A DNA stretch of 64,000 nt from an uncultured Gemmatimonadales bacterium. GTDB taxonomy: Bacteria; Gemmatimonadota; Gemmatimonadetes; Gemmatimonadales; GWC2-71-9. Made by a program: the position numbers and the translations under genes. The first letter of the stretch is position 1; every line of letters begins with the position of its first letter. The stretch lies in the NCBI GenBank assembly GCA_963842945.1, contig CAWJIM010000006.1, forward strand, positions 96,001 to 160,000, in the 5' to 3' direction. The notes below the pieces were generated by a model. The model was not told the DNA's origin. It worked only from the letters and a program-made list of their open reading frames with translations, and ran no database searches. Positions 35,039 through 47,360 of the stretch are shown one piece after another.

Positions 35039-37447
35039 TCATTCGCGAATGCCGATCCGGCGCACGACTTCCCGAATCTGGGGCTGGTTCCGCAAGGCGG
35101 GATAGGACGTTGCGCAGCGAAGGTAGAGGACATGGCTCGCGCGCTGCTCGAAGGCGGACTGGACCATCGCGATGGCTCGTCCGGTGTCACCCAGCGCAGT
35201 GTAGAGATCAATCAGATCAGCCGTGTACCGGTACCCCGGTCGCTGTTCGAGCCAAGGCACCAGTTGATATGCATCTCCCACGCGGCCGGCGCGAGCGTAA
35301 GCTTTGGGCGAGTAGGGCAACGAACCAGGGATTGCTGTCGCTCACCGTCACGGCGCTCTCCAAGGCGGCTGTCGCCTCGGGATACATCGATTTCATCAGG
35401 TACTCGTCGCCCGAAGGCTGCTCTGAGCCAGTCCGGGCTGTCGCCCAGGCGGGCCTGCAACTCCTGCAACTCAGCAATCGCTTGATCGTGGCGGCCGGCG
35501 CAGGAATAGGCCCATGCCAGCTGGCGTTTAAGAAGCAGCGACAGCGGGTTCCGCTCCTGGGCCCGCTGGTAGTGAGTGGCCGCCTCCTCGTAGCGGCCCA
35601 CCGCCATCAGGAACAGCGCATAAATCCACTGGTGCGAGTTCGGGTCGAGCGCCAGCGCCCGCTGGATCGACCGCTCCGCCCCCTCCCAATCCCACTCGCT
35701 GTTGAAGAGAACAAAACCAAGCGACGCGTGGGCCTGGGCCTCACTCGGGTCGAGCTCCAGGGCGCGCAACGCGGCCATCTTCGACTTCGGATAGAACTCC
35801 GCGGCCAGATCCTCATAGTTGCTGGCGATCCAATGGTAGGTCCGCGCCAGCTTGGCGTGGGCGGCGGCCCACTCGGGGAGCCAGCGCCACGGCCTTCTCC
35901 AGATTGGTGACGGCGGTGCGCAGTGCCTCCAGCCGGTCGGATCTGGTGAGCTCCGCCGCGACAATCTGCCGCTCCAGATGGTACAGACCCTGAAGATAGG
36001 CTTCCTGAGCCTCGGGGCTCACGGATGGCTGCGGCGAGTCGCGAATCCGGTTCGGGCGCGGCCCTCGCGTGGATGGCGCTGCCGACCGCGCGCGCGACCT
36101 CGCCCTGGAGCGCGATGGCATTCCGGAGCGCCCCATGGTAGGTGCCGGCCCACATGTGCCCCTCGGGATCGGCGCGGATGAGCTGCACCGTGATCCGGAC
36201 GCTGTCCTTGGCCCGAAAGACTGAGCCCTCGAGGAGCGCATCCACCCCCAGCTCGCGGGCGATCACGGGCACCGGTCGATCGGTCCCCTGGTACTGGACG
36301 GTCGATTGTCGCGAGATCACCGTCAGCTCCGGTATCTGACTCAACTCGGTCACCAGGGCCTCGTGCATGCCATCCACGAAGTATTCCTGCCGTTCATCCC
36401 CGGTAAGGTTCGCCAGCGGCAGCACGGCCAGCCGGCGGATCTCCGGGAGTCGCGGGCCGGAGTTGATTCCTGATCGCCCAACCCGCGGCCATGAGTAGCG
36501 GCCAGCATCGCCGCCAGGATCCCGACCCTCTTCCAGAGAGGCCCGGGACCGCCTCAGCCAGGCGGGCACGACCCATCCGGCTTCCGGCCGGAAGCGTCGC
36601 TGCGGCGACTCCGGCAGGTGGGCCGGTCGAGGACCCTGCTACCCGCATGCCAGCCTTGGAATTCCGCTCCCGAGCCGCGGGAGCGAAGCCCACTTTGATG
36701 ATCCAGTGCGGCCGCCTGACTCTCTCTGGATTCAGCGCGGATCCTCGCCACCAACGCCTGCGTCTCGGCCGACGGCTCCAGCTCGTACTCCCCCTCCAGC
36801 TTCCAGGCGAAGGCCTCGTAGGCCCGCACGGCGGCCGCCCGGTCACCCACGCGCTCCAGCAGGAGAATCAGCCGACGAAGCGCAGTCTCGTCGGTCGGAG
36901 AGAAGGCGACTGCACGGCGCGCCGCCTCGACCGCGCCGGCAGCATCCCCCTCCCGCTCCCGCTCTGCCGCCAGCGCCCATCCCGCCTCTCCTGCCCGCTG
37001 CCTCAGTCGACTGCGCTCCTGGTCCAGCCAGCGCTCGAAATCCGGCGCGCCTGAGATGTGGAACCCCGCCAGCAGCTCGCCCCGATAGAGGGCGAGCGCA
37101 TCGGCCGGTCGCCCCTGGTCTACCGCCGCTTCGAACGCCCAGACATCACAGCTGACCTGCTCGGGCGCGAGGGCCAGCTCTTCGTCGCCCCGGGACACGA
37201 TCGTCTTGGGTCCCAGCGCGCGGCGCAGGAAATAGACCGACTGCCGGAGGGCATGCCGGGCCTGCTCGGCATCGTACTCCGGCCAGAAGAGGGCAAAGAG
37301 GGTGTCACGGCGGTGGAAGCCGCGGGGTGAGGCGAGAGCGAGATAGCAGAGGAGGGCGGCGCGTCGGGGCTGGGCGAGAACGGAACCGACGGCGCTGTTT
37401 TCGGCCGAGGTCAGCTCCAGGGCGCCCAGGGTACGCAGCTCGATCAT
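35039..37447 (-). CDS. Membrane-anchored SARP-type (wHTH-BTAD) regulator with TolB_N-like/TPR sensor (several frameshifts)
   Basis: LRTLG.L, LFWPE..ARHALRQ, LYRGELL.GF, FERWLDQER; LAVLPLANLTGD..EYFVDGMHEAL; TPRs. Confidence 0.85.
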
Positions 37448-37465
37448 TCCAGAGATCCGGCAGGC

Positions 37466-37560
37466 GGGGCGTCACCCGGCGGTGACGGTCGGAGGACTGC
37501 GAGGTGACGCGCGTCGCGGAGACTCTCCTAACCTAAGCCGCCGCACGCCCCCTGGCAAGC
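37466..37560. promoter_or_regulatory. Conserved divergent control region with GTCAC/GTGAC repeats
   Basis: Closely similar to 41553-41646; GTGAC at 37482 and 37504 (22 bp apart), TAACCT at 37529. Confidence 0.65.
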
Positions 37561-37638
37561 AGGAGCCGAGGTCAAGCGGCGTGCGGCCGAGGGCGCTCCT
37601 GCGCAGTTGGAGAACCACCCTGTACCGGAAGGTGTCCC

Positions 37639-38170
37639 ATGTCACGGCTACACGTCTTGCTGCTGTTCTTGCTCGCTTGGGCGGGTGCTCGAGACGAGCC
37701 CGCCGCGCCAGCCGCCTCGGTCCCCCTCAGCCCACAGCTACACGATCGGCTCAGGAGTCGCCCGGACGGACCTCGGCCAAGCCACGTTCGACGTTGATAA
37801 GGTCAGGCGAAGTCAGCGACGACTGGCACTTCGATCCTGAACACCAAGAACGGCTTTGAGCTCGCGGTTCGAACATTCAAGTACGACCCAGGCTGCTTTC
37901 ACGGGGTGGCACAAGCATCCCGGGCCCCGTCTTCATCCAGGTCGTCAGGGGCACGGTGACCTTTTACGAAGCGGATGACCCGAGCTGCAGCGCCTATCGT
38001 GGTGGATTCGGGCGAGCCTACCTGGACCTTGGCGCGCATGGTCACATCGGCCGGAATGAGACAGCCGATCACGGCGCAGGATGTAGACCGTCCTGTTCGG
38101 TCGACCGGGGACTGCGCCGTCCGACTTTCGCATCGATCTGAGCCCGGCACCAGGGAACTGCCCGTTCTAG
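37639..38170 (+). pseudogene. Secreted cupin-fold protein, heavily frameshifted
   Basis: Signal peptide MSRLHVLLLFLL; fragments TGWHKHPGPVFIQVV, GTVTFYEADDPSC, GHIGRNE, GNCPF*. Confidence 0.65.
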
Positions 38171-38514
38171 AGTAGACCGATTTCGCAGGACTCAGACAAA
38201 ACTCTGAGTGCTAATTGCGAGTATCTCGTCGCCGGTCGCGGACTCAGCCCACGGGGCCGCGACCGGGCGACGCTTCCCACCATTTCAGCCGAGACCACCA
38301 GGCGAGCTTCGAGGTATCGAGGCGATGCTACTGGAGGTGCATAATGACCCGCATTCCACCGCTCCCCGATCACTCCCGTAGCCCTTCTTCTACTCCTCGA
38401 CTGTCACGACGCCCAGGCCCCCACTACACCCACTTCCGGGAACTGACTGCGGGGACGATCGCACCCACCGTTCACCGACCTTCGCGGGCTCAGGCGACAG
38501 ATCGTCGGTATGCG

Positions 38515-41500
38515 TCATTCACGCCGCAGTCGCGTGAGCTCTCGCAGGGCGGCTTGCGCCTCCTCCAGCTTGGGCTGAAGCTCGGGATCGGCGTCCTGCC
38601 AGTTGTCGATGAAGAAAGCGTAAGCCTCTTGCGCTCGATCGAGCTCGCCCAGCTTTTCGTGGAGCCGGGCCCGATCGCGGGCGGCGAGTGGATCAACCTC
38701 ATGACCACTGGAAGGACTCGAAGTACGGCAGAGCGTCCCGCGGCCTTCCCACCTCCTCCAGGAGCAGGCCGAGCCAGCGCCGGAACAAAGCGTTCAAGAT
38801 TTCACGCGAGCGATACCCATTTGCTTCCCACCCAGTCGCCGTCCCGTTGAGCGAGGCTCAGCAGCTCCAGGGCCTTCTCTTTCTCGCCGCTCCTCCACCA
38901 TCCATAGCCTTCGAGCCCGCGTGCCGCGGCATTCGCGAAGTCGGCTTTCACGGTATCGCCCGCATCGCGGAGACTGCGTGCGTGGGCACGCATGCGAGAC
39001 AGTGCCCTGGCATGTTCATCCCACTGTGCCCGATCCACCGCGTAAGCTCCCCCGGAGAACAGCTGCACAATGTCCGAGCTGTCGACCCGCGAGACCGAGG
39101 AATCGAGCAGCTCGTTGGCGACGGGAAGATCCCAACTACGCAGGGGAATAAAGCATCCCCGCCTTCCATTCCGGCGGCCCCGAGCGTCGTTCCAGCTCCT
39201 GCATGGCCGAGCGCATCTCGCCCCGGCCCATCCTGGCCCAGAAGAGATCGGCCGCGAGCAAGAGCGAAGCGTTCGCTACGTTTGGAGGCGAATCGCAGAA
39301 GGTCACCTCGCAACAACGCCGATCGTGGACTACCTGGGCCGGAGAGCAGTGACCATAGCGCCAGAAGATGGCTCAGGAACTGGAGGAACCCCGAGATCGG
39401 CCCAGCCCTGTGCCCGCCCGGCAGTATCGCCAAAGGCGAAGGCGAAGCCTACGGTATAGGCAGCGCTGTACCAATCGTCGGGAGCCAGCTGCCGGTATTT
39501 TCCGAGCAGTCGGGCAGCTCTGGCGCTATCCCCGGCTGCGAAAGCATTCTCAATCAGGTGGATGTAGGCGGGGGCGAAGCTGGGATCCAGCTCGACGGCC
39601 TTCCCGAACGCGCGGTCGGCATCCTCCCGGCCTACGAGCGCCTGGGTTCCCAGGTGCTGGTAGTCCTCCCCTAGCAAGTACCAGGACTGGGCATCATCGG
39701 GATACTTCCGCACCTCGTCCTGGAGCACCCTCACCCCGCTCAACCTGCCCTCCCTCGAGGCGATCCCGGCTCGGATCAGAGCCGCCTCGTGGGCGGGGAG
39801 TCGTTCCGCGAGGCGGGCAGCGTTGATCAGTACGACCGAGTCGGGTGGATCCGTCCCGGCCCAGCTCTGGACCAGCCACAGTCGGGCCCAGGCCAGAGCG
39901 AAATTCGAATCGGCCTCGACCGCTCGACTGTATGCCCGGCCGGCACTCTCGAAATCGGACCCGCGGAACAGCGTCTCGCCCTCGAGGTAAGCCTTGAGTG
40001 CAGGTAGGGACGCCGTGGTTGCACGGACGAGCCCGAACCGCGACATGTCCTGCTTTCGCTCGGGGAGAGCCACGCGGAGGACCTCCAGCGACAGCTGATC
40101 CACGAGCCCGAAGATGTACGCGGTCGGACCTTCGACCTGCCCGTACGGATCATCCTCCGCCGGGGCACATCGTAGACCCCAGCCGTGAGTCGCATGCCGC
40201 GACCGCTGGTCACGACACTCCCGATCACCGCGTACCGAGCTCCGGTCCGACTTGCCACCTCGAGTGCCGTCTCCAGGTCCGCCGCCTGGGCGTCCTTCAC
40301 GCGTTCGCGCCAGCGGGCGAGCACCGTCCGACTGTGCACTGCGCGGACGCCGGGCACGCCACTCAAGTTCGTGGAGAGGAGGTCCACCATCCCCTCGCGC
40401 CAAGTCTCAAAGCCAGCGCCACGGATCTCGAAGGGCAGGATCGCGATGCTGGAGCTCGCGTCCGCCGCCAGGGCTTCCGCGGGGCCAGATCCTGGCCCTC
40501 GCTGATGGGAGAAGAGATAGAGTCCGATCAGGACCAGGAGGCCGAGAGCAGCTACACCGAGCAGAACGGACCGTGGTGGGTGTCGGACGGCGGGTTCGAG
40601 GCTTGCCGGCTCGTCCAACGCAGTTCGCGACCCCCGGCCAGCCCGAAGAGGGGGCGTGAGTTGCACAGCCGTCTTTTGGTTCCGGGCGGACCCGTTCAGC
40701 ACAAGGGTGTTGCCCGACGGAACCAGATCTGGAGCGATGCCAGCATTGGGGTCCCCGTTCCCAGCCGCAGGACTGAGCCGATCGTCCCGCTCCCTTGCGG
40801 CCGCCTGGTTCTGTCCGGGCCCGGCGCGGATCCTTGCCAGTAACGCCTGCGTCTCGGGCGACGGCTCCAGCTCATACTCCGCATTCAGCTTACAGGCAAA
40901 CGCCTCATAGGCGCGCACGGCGGCCGCCCGGTCACCCACCCGCTCCAGCAAGAGCACCAGGCGACGAAGCTCAGTCTCATCGATCGGGGAGAGCGCGGCT
41001 GCACGGCGGCCCGCCTCCACCGCACCGGCAGCATCTCCCGCTCGCTCCCGCTGTTCGGCCAGCGCCCAGGCCGCCTCTCCGGCTCGCTGCCTCAGCCGGC
41101 TGCGCTCCTCATCCATCCAGTGCTCGAAGTCCGGAGCATCTGAGATGTGAAATCCGGCGAGCAGCTCGCCCCGATAAAGGGCCAGCGCAGCAGCCGGCCG
41201 CCCTTGCTCTATCGCTGCATCGAAAGCCCAGACGTCACACCGCACCTGTTCGAGCGCGAGGGCGAGCTCCTCGTCGCCACGTGCCACGATAGTCGTTGTG
41301 CCCAAGGCCCTACGAAGGAAATAGACCGACTGCCGGAGGGCATGCCGGGCCTGCTCGGCGTCGTACTCGGGCCAGAAGAGGGCAAACAGCGTGTCACGGC
41401 GTTGGAAACCGCGGGGCGACGCGAGGGCGAGATAGCAGAGGAGGGCTGCACGGCGGGGCTGCGCCAAAACCGAACCGACGGCTGTGCTGTCGGCCGAGGT

Positions 41501-41536
41501 CAGCTCCAGGGCCCCCAGAGTACGCAATTCGACCAT
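38515..41536 (-). CDS. Second membrane-anchored SARP/BTAD regulator with TolB_N-like/TPR sensor (frameshifts)
   Basis: N-terminal ~250 aa closely paralogous to the 37447 gene; TM VLLGVAALGLLVLIGLYLF; IAILPF; TASLPALKAYLEGE. Confidence 0.85.
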
Positions 41537-41552
41537 TGCAGAGCCAGCAGAC

Positions 41553-41646
41553 GGGGCGTCACCCAGTGGTGACGGTCAGAGGACTGCGAGGTGACGCGTG
41601 GCGCAAAGACTGTCTTAAGCTAAGCCGCCACGGAGTCCTGGCAAGC
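41553..41646. promoter_or_regulatory. Second copy of the SARP divergent control region
   Basis: GTCAC 41558, GTGAC 41569 and 41591, TAAGCT 41616. Confidence 0.65.
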
Positions 41647-41731
41647 AGAATCGAGATCGAGAGCAGGTCCAGTGACGGCGGAGAAACCCAACCTGGTTGG
41701 AAACTGCGCTGAGTCTTCCCGTGAGGTCCAC

Positions 41732-41875
41732 ATGCGCACCGCCAAGAAGTCTCCAGAGCCAGCCACTTTGCCCCGAGCCCCGCTACTCGTTCTGCTGGCG
41801 GGCCTGGCCGCCTGCGGCGAACAGGCGAGGGTCGCATTTCGAGCTCGGCTTCCAGCACGGCATTCAGGGAGTTGA
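41732..41875 (+). pseudogene. Truncated lipoprotein 5' fragment
   Basis: GAGGT RBS, MRTAKK..LLVLLAGLAAC lipobox, early stop. Confidence 0.5.
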
Positions 41876-42053
41876 GCACCTACATTGGTCGACAAACTGC
41901 GGCACGCGGGTAAATGGACGAAGCCGGCAACCTCCAACTCATTGCCGGGCTTCATTGCCCCTCCTGGGCTCGAGCCGCCAGGCCGAGCCCCAAAGAAAAT
42001 AGCCGGTGCTCTTCCACCGGCCATATGGCTGCGCCCAATCAGGACCGGCTTTC

Positions 42054-42215
42054 TCACGCCGCGTCACGCTTCCGGCGCTTTGCCCCTTTTCTGATTCGCT
42101 GCTGCTCGCCGTACCACTCCTCGCTTCGGTCGTCGGCCGCGCCTCCCGCGACAAAGATCGCGCAGATCGCCACGACCAGAAGGAGCCACACGCACGCGCC
42201 AAGAAGAATGAGCAC
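42054..42215 (-). CDS. Small single-TM protein
   Basis: VLILLGACVWLLLVVAICAIFVAGG hydrophobic helix and charged tail. Confidence 0.45.
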   Translation of the reverse strand: MLILLGACVWLLLVVAICAIFVAGGAADDRSEEWYGEQQRIRKGAKRRKRDAA

Positions 42216-42610
42216 GCTTTGAGCACCGCAATGTGAGTGCCCGCACGCGAGTATCCTACCAGCAGGATCGACAAGGATATCGAGCAGGAAACAGGTCAAG
42301 CCTTGGGGGTTGTTCTCTCAGGTTGCGAGGCCATGAGTTACGACGCGATGCAGCGACTTGCAGGAACCCCAGGGAAGGTCCGTGGCCCGGGTGATCTCCA
42401 TAGAATTCGAGAACTATCCCCAGCCCTGCGCTTGTCCCCAAGAACTATTCCAAAACGTAGATGGACACCTTAATCTCGGCAGATACTCTACTCTGGGAAC
42501 GCCAATGCCATGACATCGAACCGAACAACGCGGCCGCACTTTAAAGTTGACGAAAGCGAGGGTAAGTAAACCCGGACCAGCCTGTGGGCGCACGCGGTTC
42601 CGTGCGTCGC

Positions 42611-43081
42611 CTAGTTCTGGGGATCGTCGGCCGGATTCACGTAGATGACCTTCCACGGTCCCATCCCGCTCACCTGGGTTACGGTGGGTCCTTTCGCTTC
42701 GACGAAGTGATGGGTGCCCGGCGGCATCACGGCGAAGCTTCCGGCCGGGAGCGACTTCAGCGCGGCAGCGTCGAACTTATCGCCCACCCCCCAGCGGTAA
42801 GTCCCTTGGAGCACCGTCACCCGTTCGGCTACCGGGTGGAAATGGGGACCGATTCGATAACCATCCGGAAACGAGACCCGCATCGTGAAGGGACCAGCCT
42901 TCTGGGGGTCCCCCTCGAGGACCGACATTTTCGCCCCGGGCGGAATCCTGGGCGATGCCGGTGACCAGGTGACTTGGTCGGGCGTCAGCATGACGGCGCG
43001 GTGCCCGGCCGTGGGCGCATCCTGTGCGAGGGCTATTCCGGCGTAAAGGGAAAAGCCGAAGACAAAGAGAATCGGTCGCAT
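42611..43081 (-). CDS. Secreted cupin domain protein
   Basis: Signal peptide; GDPQKAGPF..FPDGY.IGPHFHP..E.VTV..G; PPGTHHF. Confidence 0.85.
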   Translation of the reverse strand: MRPILFVFGFSLYAGIALAQDAPTAGHRAVMLTPDQVTWSPASPRIPPGAKMSVLEGDPQKAGPFTMRVSFPDGYRIGPHFHPVAERVTVLQGTYRWGVGDKFDAAALKSLPAGSFAVMPPGTHHFVEAKGPTVTQVSGMGPWKVIYVNPADDPQN

Positions 43082-43286
43082 GGCAGGCTTCCAGTAGCAG
43101 ATGACTGTCAGTCGCGAAGACAATCTGCGAAGCGGTTTCCGAGATGGCCAGCACGCGGTCTCTCCATGTCGGGCCTGCAGAGATGGTAATCAGCTTCCAG
43201 CCGGCCGCCATGCGCGCTGATGCCGCGCCCTTGTGTGGCTCCGCCTTACGCGGCAAATTGGCCAGAGGCTCCCATCTGGCTTCGCC

Positions 43287-43861
43287 ATGGACAATCCCCA
43301 GCCCGATATCGGTGAGGTCACGCGGCTGCTTCGGAGCGCGCGGGCGGGGACCGGCCGCGCTCGAACTGCTGGTCCCCCTGGTCTACGAGGATCTGCGCCG
43401 GCTGGCCCGGCTGCAGCTGGGGCACGAGTTCGGCGAGCGCACCCTGAACGCCACCGCGCTGGTGCATGAGTCCTACCTCAAGCTCGGCGCGGGAGCATTC
43501 GCCGCCACTGATCGGGCCCACTTTCTCGCCATCGCGGCCCGCGCGATGCGCCAGGTGCTGGTCGATCACGCCCGCGACCGCAAAGCCGCCAAACGCGGTG
43601 GCGGGTCATGGGAGCGCACCACGCTGACCGACGGCGCCTGGGTAGCGGGAGTTCGATCCTGACGGCGTTCTCCAGCTGGAAGAGGCCGTCGCCGCCTTGG
43701 AGCCACGCCAGCGGCAAGTCGTCGAGTGCCGATTCTTCGGTGGCATGGAAGAGCAGGAGATCGCAGAGGCCCTCGGCGTCTCCGAGCGCACGGTGCACCG
43801 CGACTGGATGAAGGCGCGTGCCTGGCTCTACCGCTACTTCTACCCCGAGTCCACCCGGTGA
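43287..43861 (+). CDS. ECF sigma factor (TIGR02999 / ECF43-like; frameshifts ~43345, ~43650)
   Basis: EVTRLL, LVYEDLRRLA, TLNATALVHESYL, AARAMRQVLVDHAR, SERTVHRDW.KARAWL. Confidence 0.88.
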
Positions 43862-46800
43862 GCGCAGCCCTCGATCAGACAATCCGCTTTTGCACCTCCG
43901 CCGACGGCGCGCGCATCGCCTACGCGACCGTCGGGAGCGGGCCGCCCGCTGGTCAAGGCCGCCAACTGGCTCAGTCACCTGGAGTTCGACAACAACAGCC
44001 CGGTGTGGCGTCACTGGATCCGGGAACTTTCCCGGTCCCACACGCTGGTCCGCTACGACGAGCGCGGCTGCGGCCTCTCCGACTGGCAGGTCGACGAGTT
44101 CTCGCTCGATGCCTGGGTGCGGGATCTCGAGGCCGTGGTGGACGCCCTGGAGCTGGAGCGGTTTCCGCTCCTCGGTATCTCGCAGGGTGGCGCCATCGCG
44201 ATCGCCTACGCCACCCGCCATCCCGAGCGGGTCAGCCACCTCATACTGTATGGGAGCTACGCCCGGGGTCAGTCTCACCGCGGACTCTCTGATCGCGAGC
44301 GCGAGGAGCGTGAGCTCCTCCTCAGCCTGATCCGGGTCGGCTGGGGCAAGGACCATCCGGCCTTCCGCCAGGTCTTCACCAGCCTGTTCATCCCCGACGG
44401 GACACCCGAGCAGGTCAACTGGTTCAACGAGCTCCAGCGGATTTCGGCGCACGCCTGAGAACGCCGCCCGCATGTGCGCCGCTTCTTCACATGCCTTGGA
44501 CGTGCGGGAGCTGGCTCCCCAAATCCGAATCCCGACTCTGGTGCTGCACGGCACGGGCGACCTGCGGATTCCCTTTGCCGAGGGTCGTCTGCTGGCCTCG
44601 CTGATTCCGGGTGCCCGGCTGGTGCCGATCGAGAGCCGCAATCATCTCATCCTCGAGTCCGAGCCGGGGTGGCGCCGTTTTCTCGCGGAGGTGCGGAGCT
44701 TCCTCGGCGTTCCGCCGAGGCCCCCGAGCGGCCCCGCATCGCGGCGGCAACGGATCGAGGCGCTGTTCGACGAGGCACTCGATCTCGCAGCCCGGCGATC
44801 GCGCGCGAGCTCCTGGCCCGGGACTGCGCAGGGCGACCCGGAGCTCCGGCGCGAGGTGGAGGCGCTGCTGGCGGCCGCTGAACGGAGTGGCGTGACCGCC
44901 AGCTTGCCGGATGCCGTGGCGGGTCCCGCAGCGCAACCCACCGTCGCCGCCGGCCCGGACGATCTCCCAGTATGAGATCGTCGACCAGCTTGGGGCGGCG
45001 GCATGGGAGTGGTCTACAAGGCGCGGGACCGGCGGCTGCAGCGGTTGCGTGGCGCTCAAGTTTCTTTCGCCATCGTTGAGCGCCGATCAGGAGCTGAAGC
45101 TCCGCTTCCTGCAGGAGGCCAAGGCGATCGCCTCACTCGACCACCCCAACCTCTGCACCATCTTCGAGATCGCGGAGCCGGAGGACGGGCAGCTCGTGCA
45201 TCGTCATGCCCTTTTATGAGGGCGAGACCCTCAAGCAGAAGCTTGCCCGCGGGCCGCTGCCGGTGTCCCAGGCGCTCGACTACGCGCTCCAGATCGCCGA
45301 GAGGGCTGGCCCATGCCCACGCCGCCGGCGTCGTGCATCGGGACATCAAGCCTGCCAACATCGTGGTGACGTCCGGCGGCCGGGTGAAGATCCTCGACTT
45401 CGGCATCGCCAAGGTATCCCACGCCGACGCGAATCTCACCCGGACGGGCGCGGTGCTGGGTACGGTCGCCTACATGAGCCCGGAACAGTCGCGCGGCGAG
45501 CCGGTGGACCAGCGAAGCGATCTGTGGGCACTCGGCGTGGTGCTCTACGAGATGATCACGGGCCGGGCCCCATTCACGGCCGACTCCCTCGAGGCGCTGT
45601 TCTACGCCGTCCAATGGCGGCACCCGGAGGAGCATCACGGCGCTCCGCCCGGAGGTGCCGCCCGCGCTGGAGGCACTGGTGCACCGCCTCCTAGAGAAGG
45701 AGCCGGTTCATCGCTACCAGGACGCCATCACTGTCGCCGCAGAGCTCGACATACTCCGCACCGAACTGAACGCATCCTCAACCCAGGATCCGAGGCCAGT
45801 ACGCGCGCGGTCGCATGGCTCGTCATCGATGGTGGGTGGCGACTCACCCGCGGGGGCGCGGGCGGCTCCAGCCGGGGTCGACCATCTGGAGCGTGCAAGG
45901 TCGGCCTTCGCGCGCGCGGACTGGCGAGAGGCGTACTCGGCCCTGGCTGCAGCGGATGTGGAGGGCTCGCTGCAGGCCGAAGATCTGGAGCGGTTCGCAG
46001 AAGCCGCCTGGTGGCTGTCGAATGGACCGGCGTGCGTACGCGCTCGGGAACGGGCGTACCGGCAGTACGTCCAACGTGGCGAGCCTCGCGCCGCAGCGTC
46101 GGTCGCGCTCGCCCTGGCGGAGGATCATTTTCACCGCCTGGCGCGGTCAGTCGGGCAAGGATGGCTTCGGCGGGCTGAGCGACACTTGAAGGGGCTGCCG
46201 GACCGCTCCGAGCACGGCTGGCTCAACCGACTCCGGTTCGTGGTCGCGTTGGACGAGGGAAGGCCGGACGCAGCCGTGGAATACGCCGACCGGGCTCTCG
46301 AGATCGCACGGCGTGTCGGCGACGCCGACCTCGAGGCCCTGGCCTTGCAGGACCGGGGTCGGGCCCTGGTGACGCTCGGCCAGGTGAAGGAAGGCATGGC
46401 ACTCATCGACGAGGCGATGACCGCAGCGACCGCCGGTGAGCTGACGCCGCGTACCACCGGCAGGGCCTACTGCAACATGCTCAGTATCTGCAAGCGGCTG
46501 GGAGACTTCGGGCGGGCGGCGGAGTGGTCCGAGGCCGCGCAGACCTGGTGTGAGCCCCACGCCGAGTCCGGATATCCGGGTATCTGCCGGGTTCATCGTG
46601 CCGGAATACTTCGGCTCCGAGGTGCCCTGACGAAAGCGGAGCACGAGGCGCGGCGCGCGGCGACGGAGCTGGAGGATTTCCTGACCGACGTGGCAGGCGA
46701 GGCGTTCTACGAGCTGGGTGAGATCCGCCTGCGCATGGGCGATCTGCCCGCCGCGGCCGAGATGTTCGGTCAGGCACACTCGCGGGGCCGCGACCCGCAG

Positions 46801-47269
46801 CCGGGCCTTGCCCTCCTGCGAATGGCAGAGGGAAAGGTCGAGGCTGCGCGTTCCATGATCGAGCGCGCCCTGGTCGAGCTGGGGCTCACGATACTGGACC
46901 GGGCCAAACTGCTGCCCTCCGCAGTGGAGATCAGAGTCGCCTGCGATGACATCCCGGGGGCTGATGATGCAGCATCCGCGCTGGAAACCATCACCGCCAC
47001 CTACACCGCACCCGCACTCGTGGCCTTCGCCACTCAGGCGCGGGAGGGTCCAGCTCGCGCGAGGACAGGCCCAGCAAGCCATCTGGAACCTTCGGCGCGC
47101 CTGCCGGATCTGGACTGAGATCGACCTGCCGGTGGAGCTGGCCCAAACCAGGCTCCTGCTCTCTCGAGCATACTCAGCGCTGGGGAACATCGACGAGGCG
47201 GAACTGGAGGAGCGCACGGCGGAGGCAGCCATGGAACGCATCTTAAGGCAGCTCCGCTCGATGACCTGA
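43858..47269 (+). CDS. Alpha/beta-hydrolase + Ser/Thr kinase + MalT-like TPR fusion (multiple frameshifts)
   Basis: GTGA overlap with ECF stop; [79 protein letters not shown] region. Confidence 0.78.
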
Positions 47270-47360
47270 CCACTCCCCCGTGGGGCATGTCTGCTGGAAT
47301 GTCATTCCTGCGCAGATACCTGGTGAGGACCACAATGCACCCGAACCAGGAGCGACAACC

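Noticed and set aside
42300..42600. Lower-GC intergenic stretch as a possible ncRNA
   Set aside because: No recognisable structure or family motif by eye
43123..47317. Shared CGCAGAT upstream of the cupin and SBP56 genes as an ECF -10
   Set aside because: Only 7 bp, and the candidate -35 elements differ in sequence and spacing
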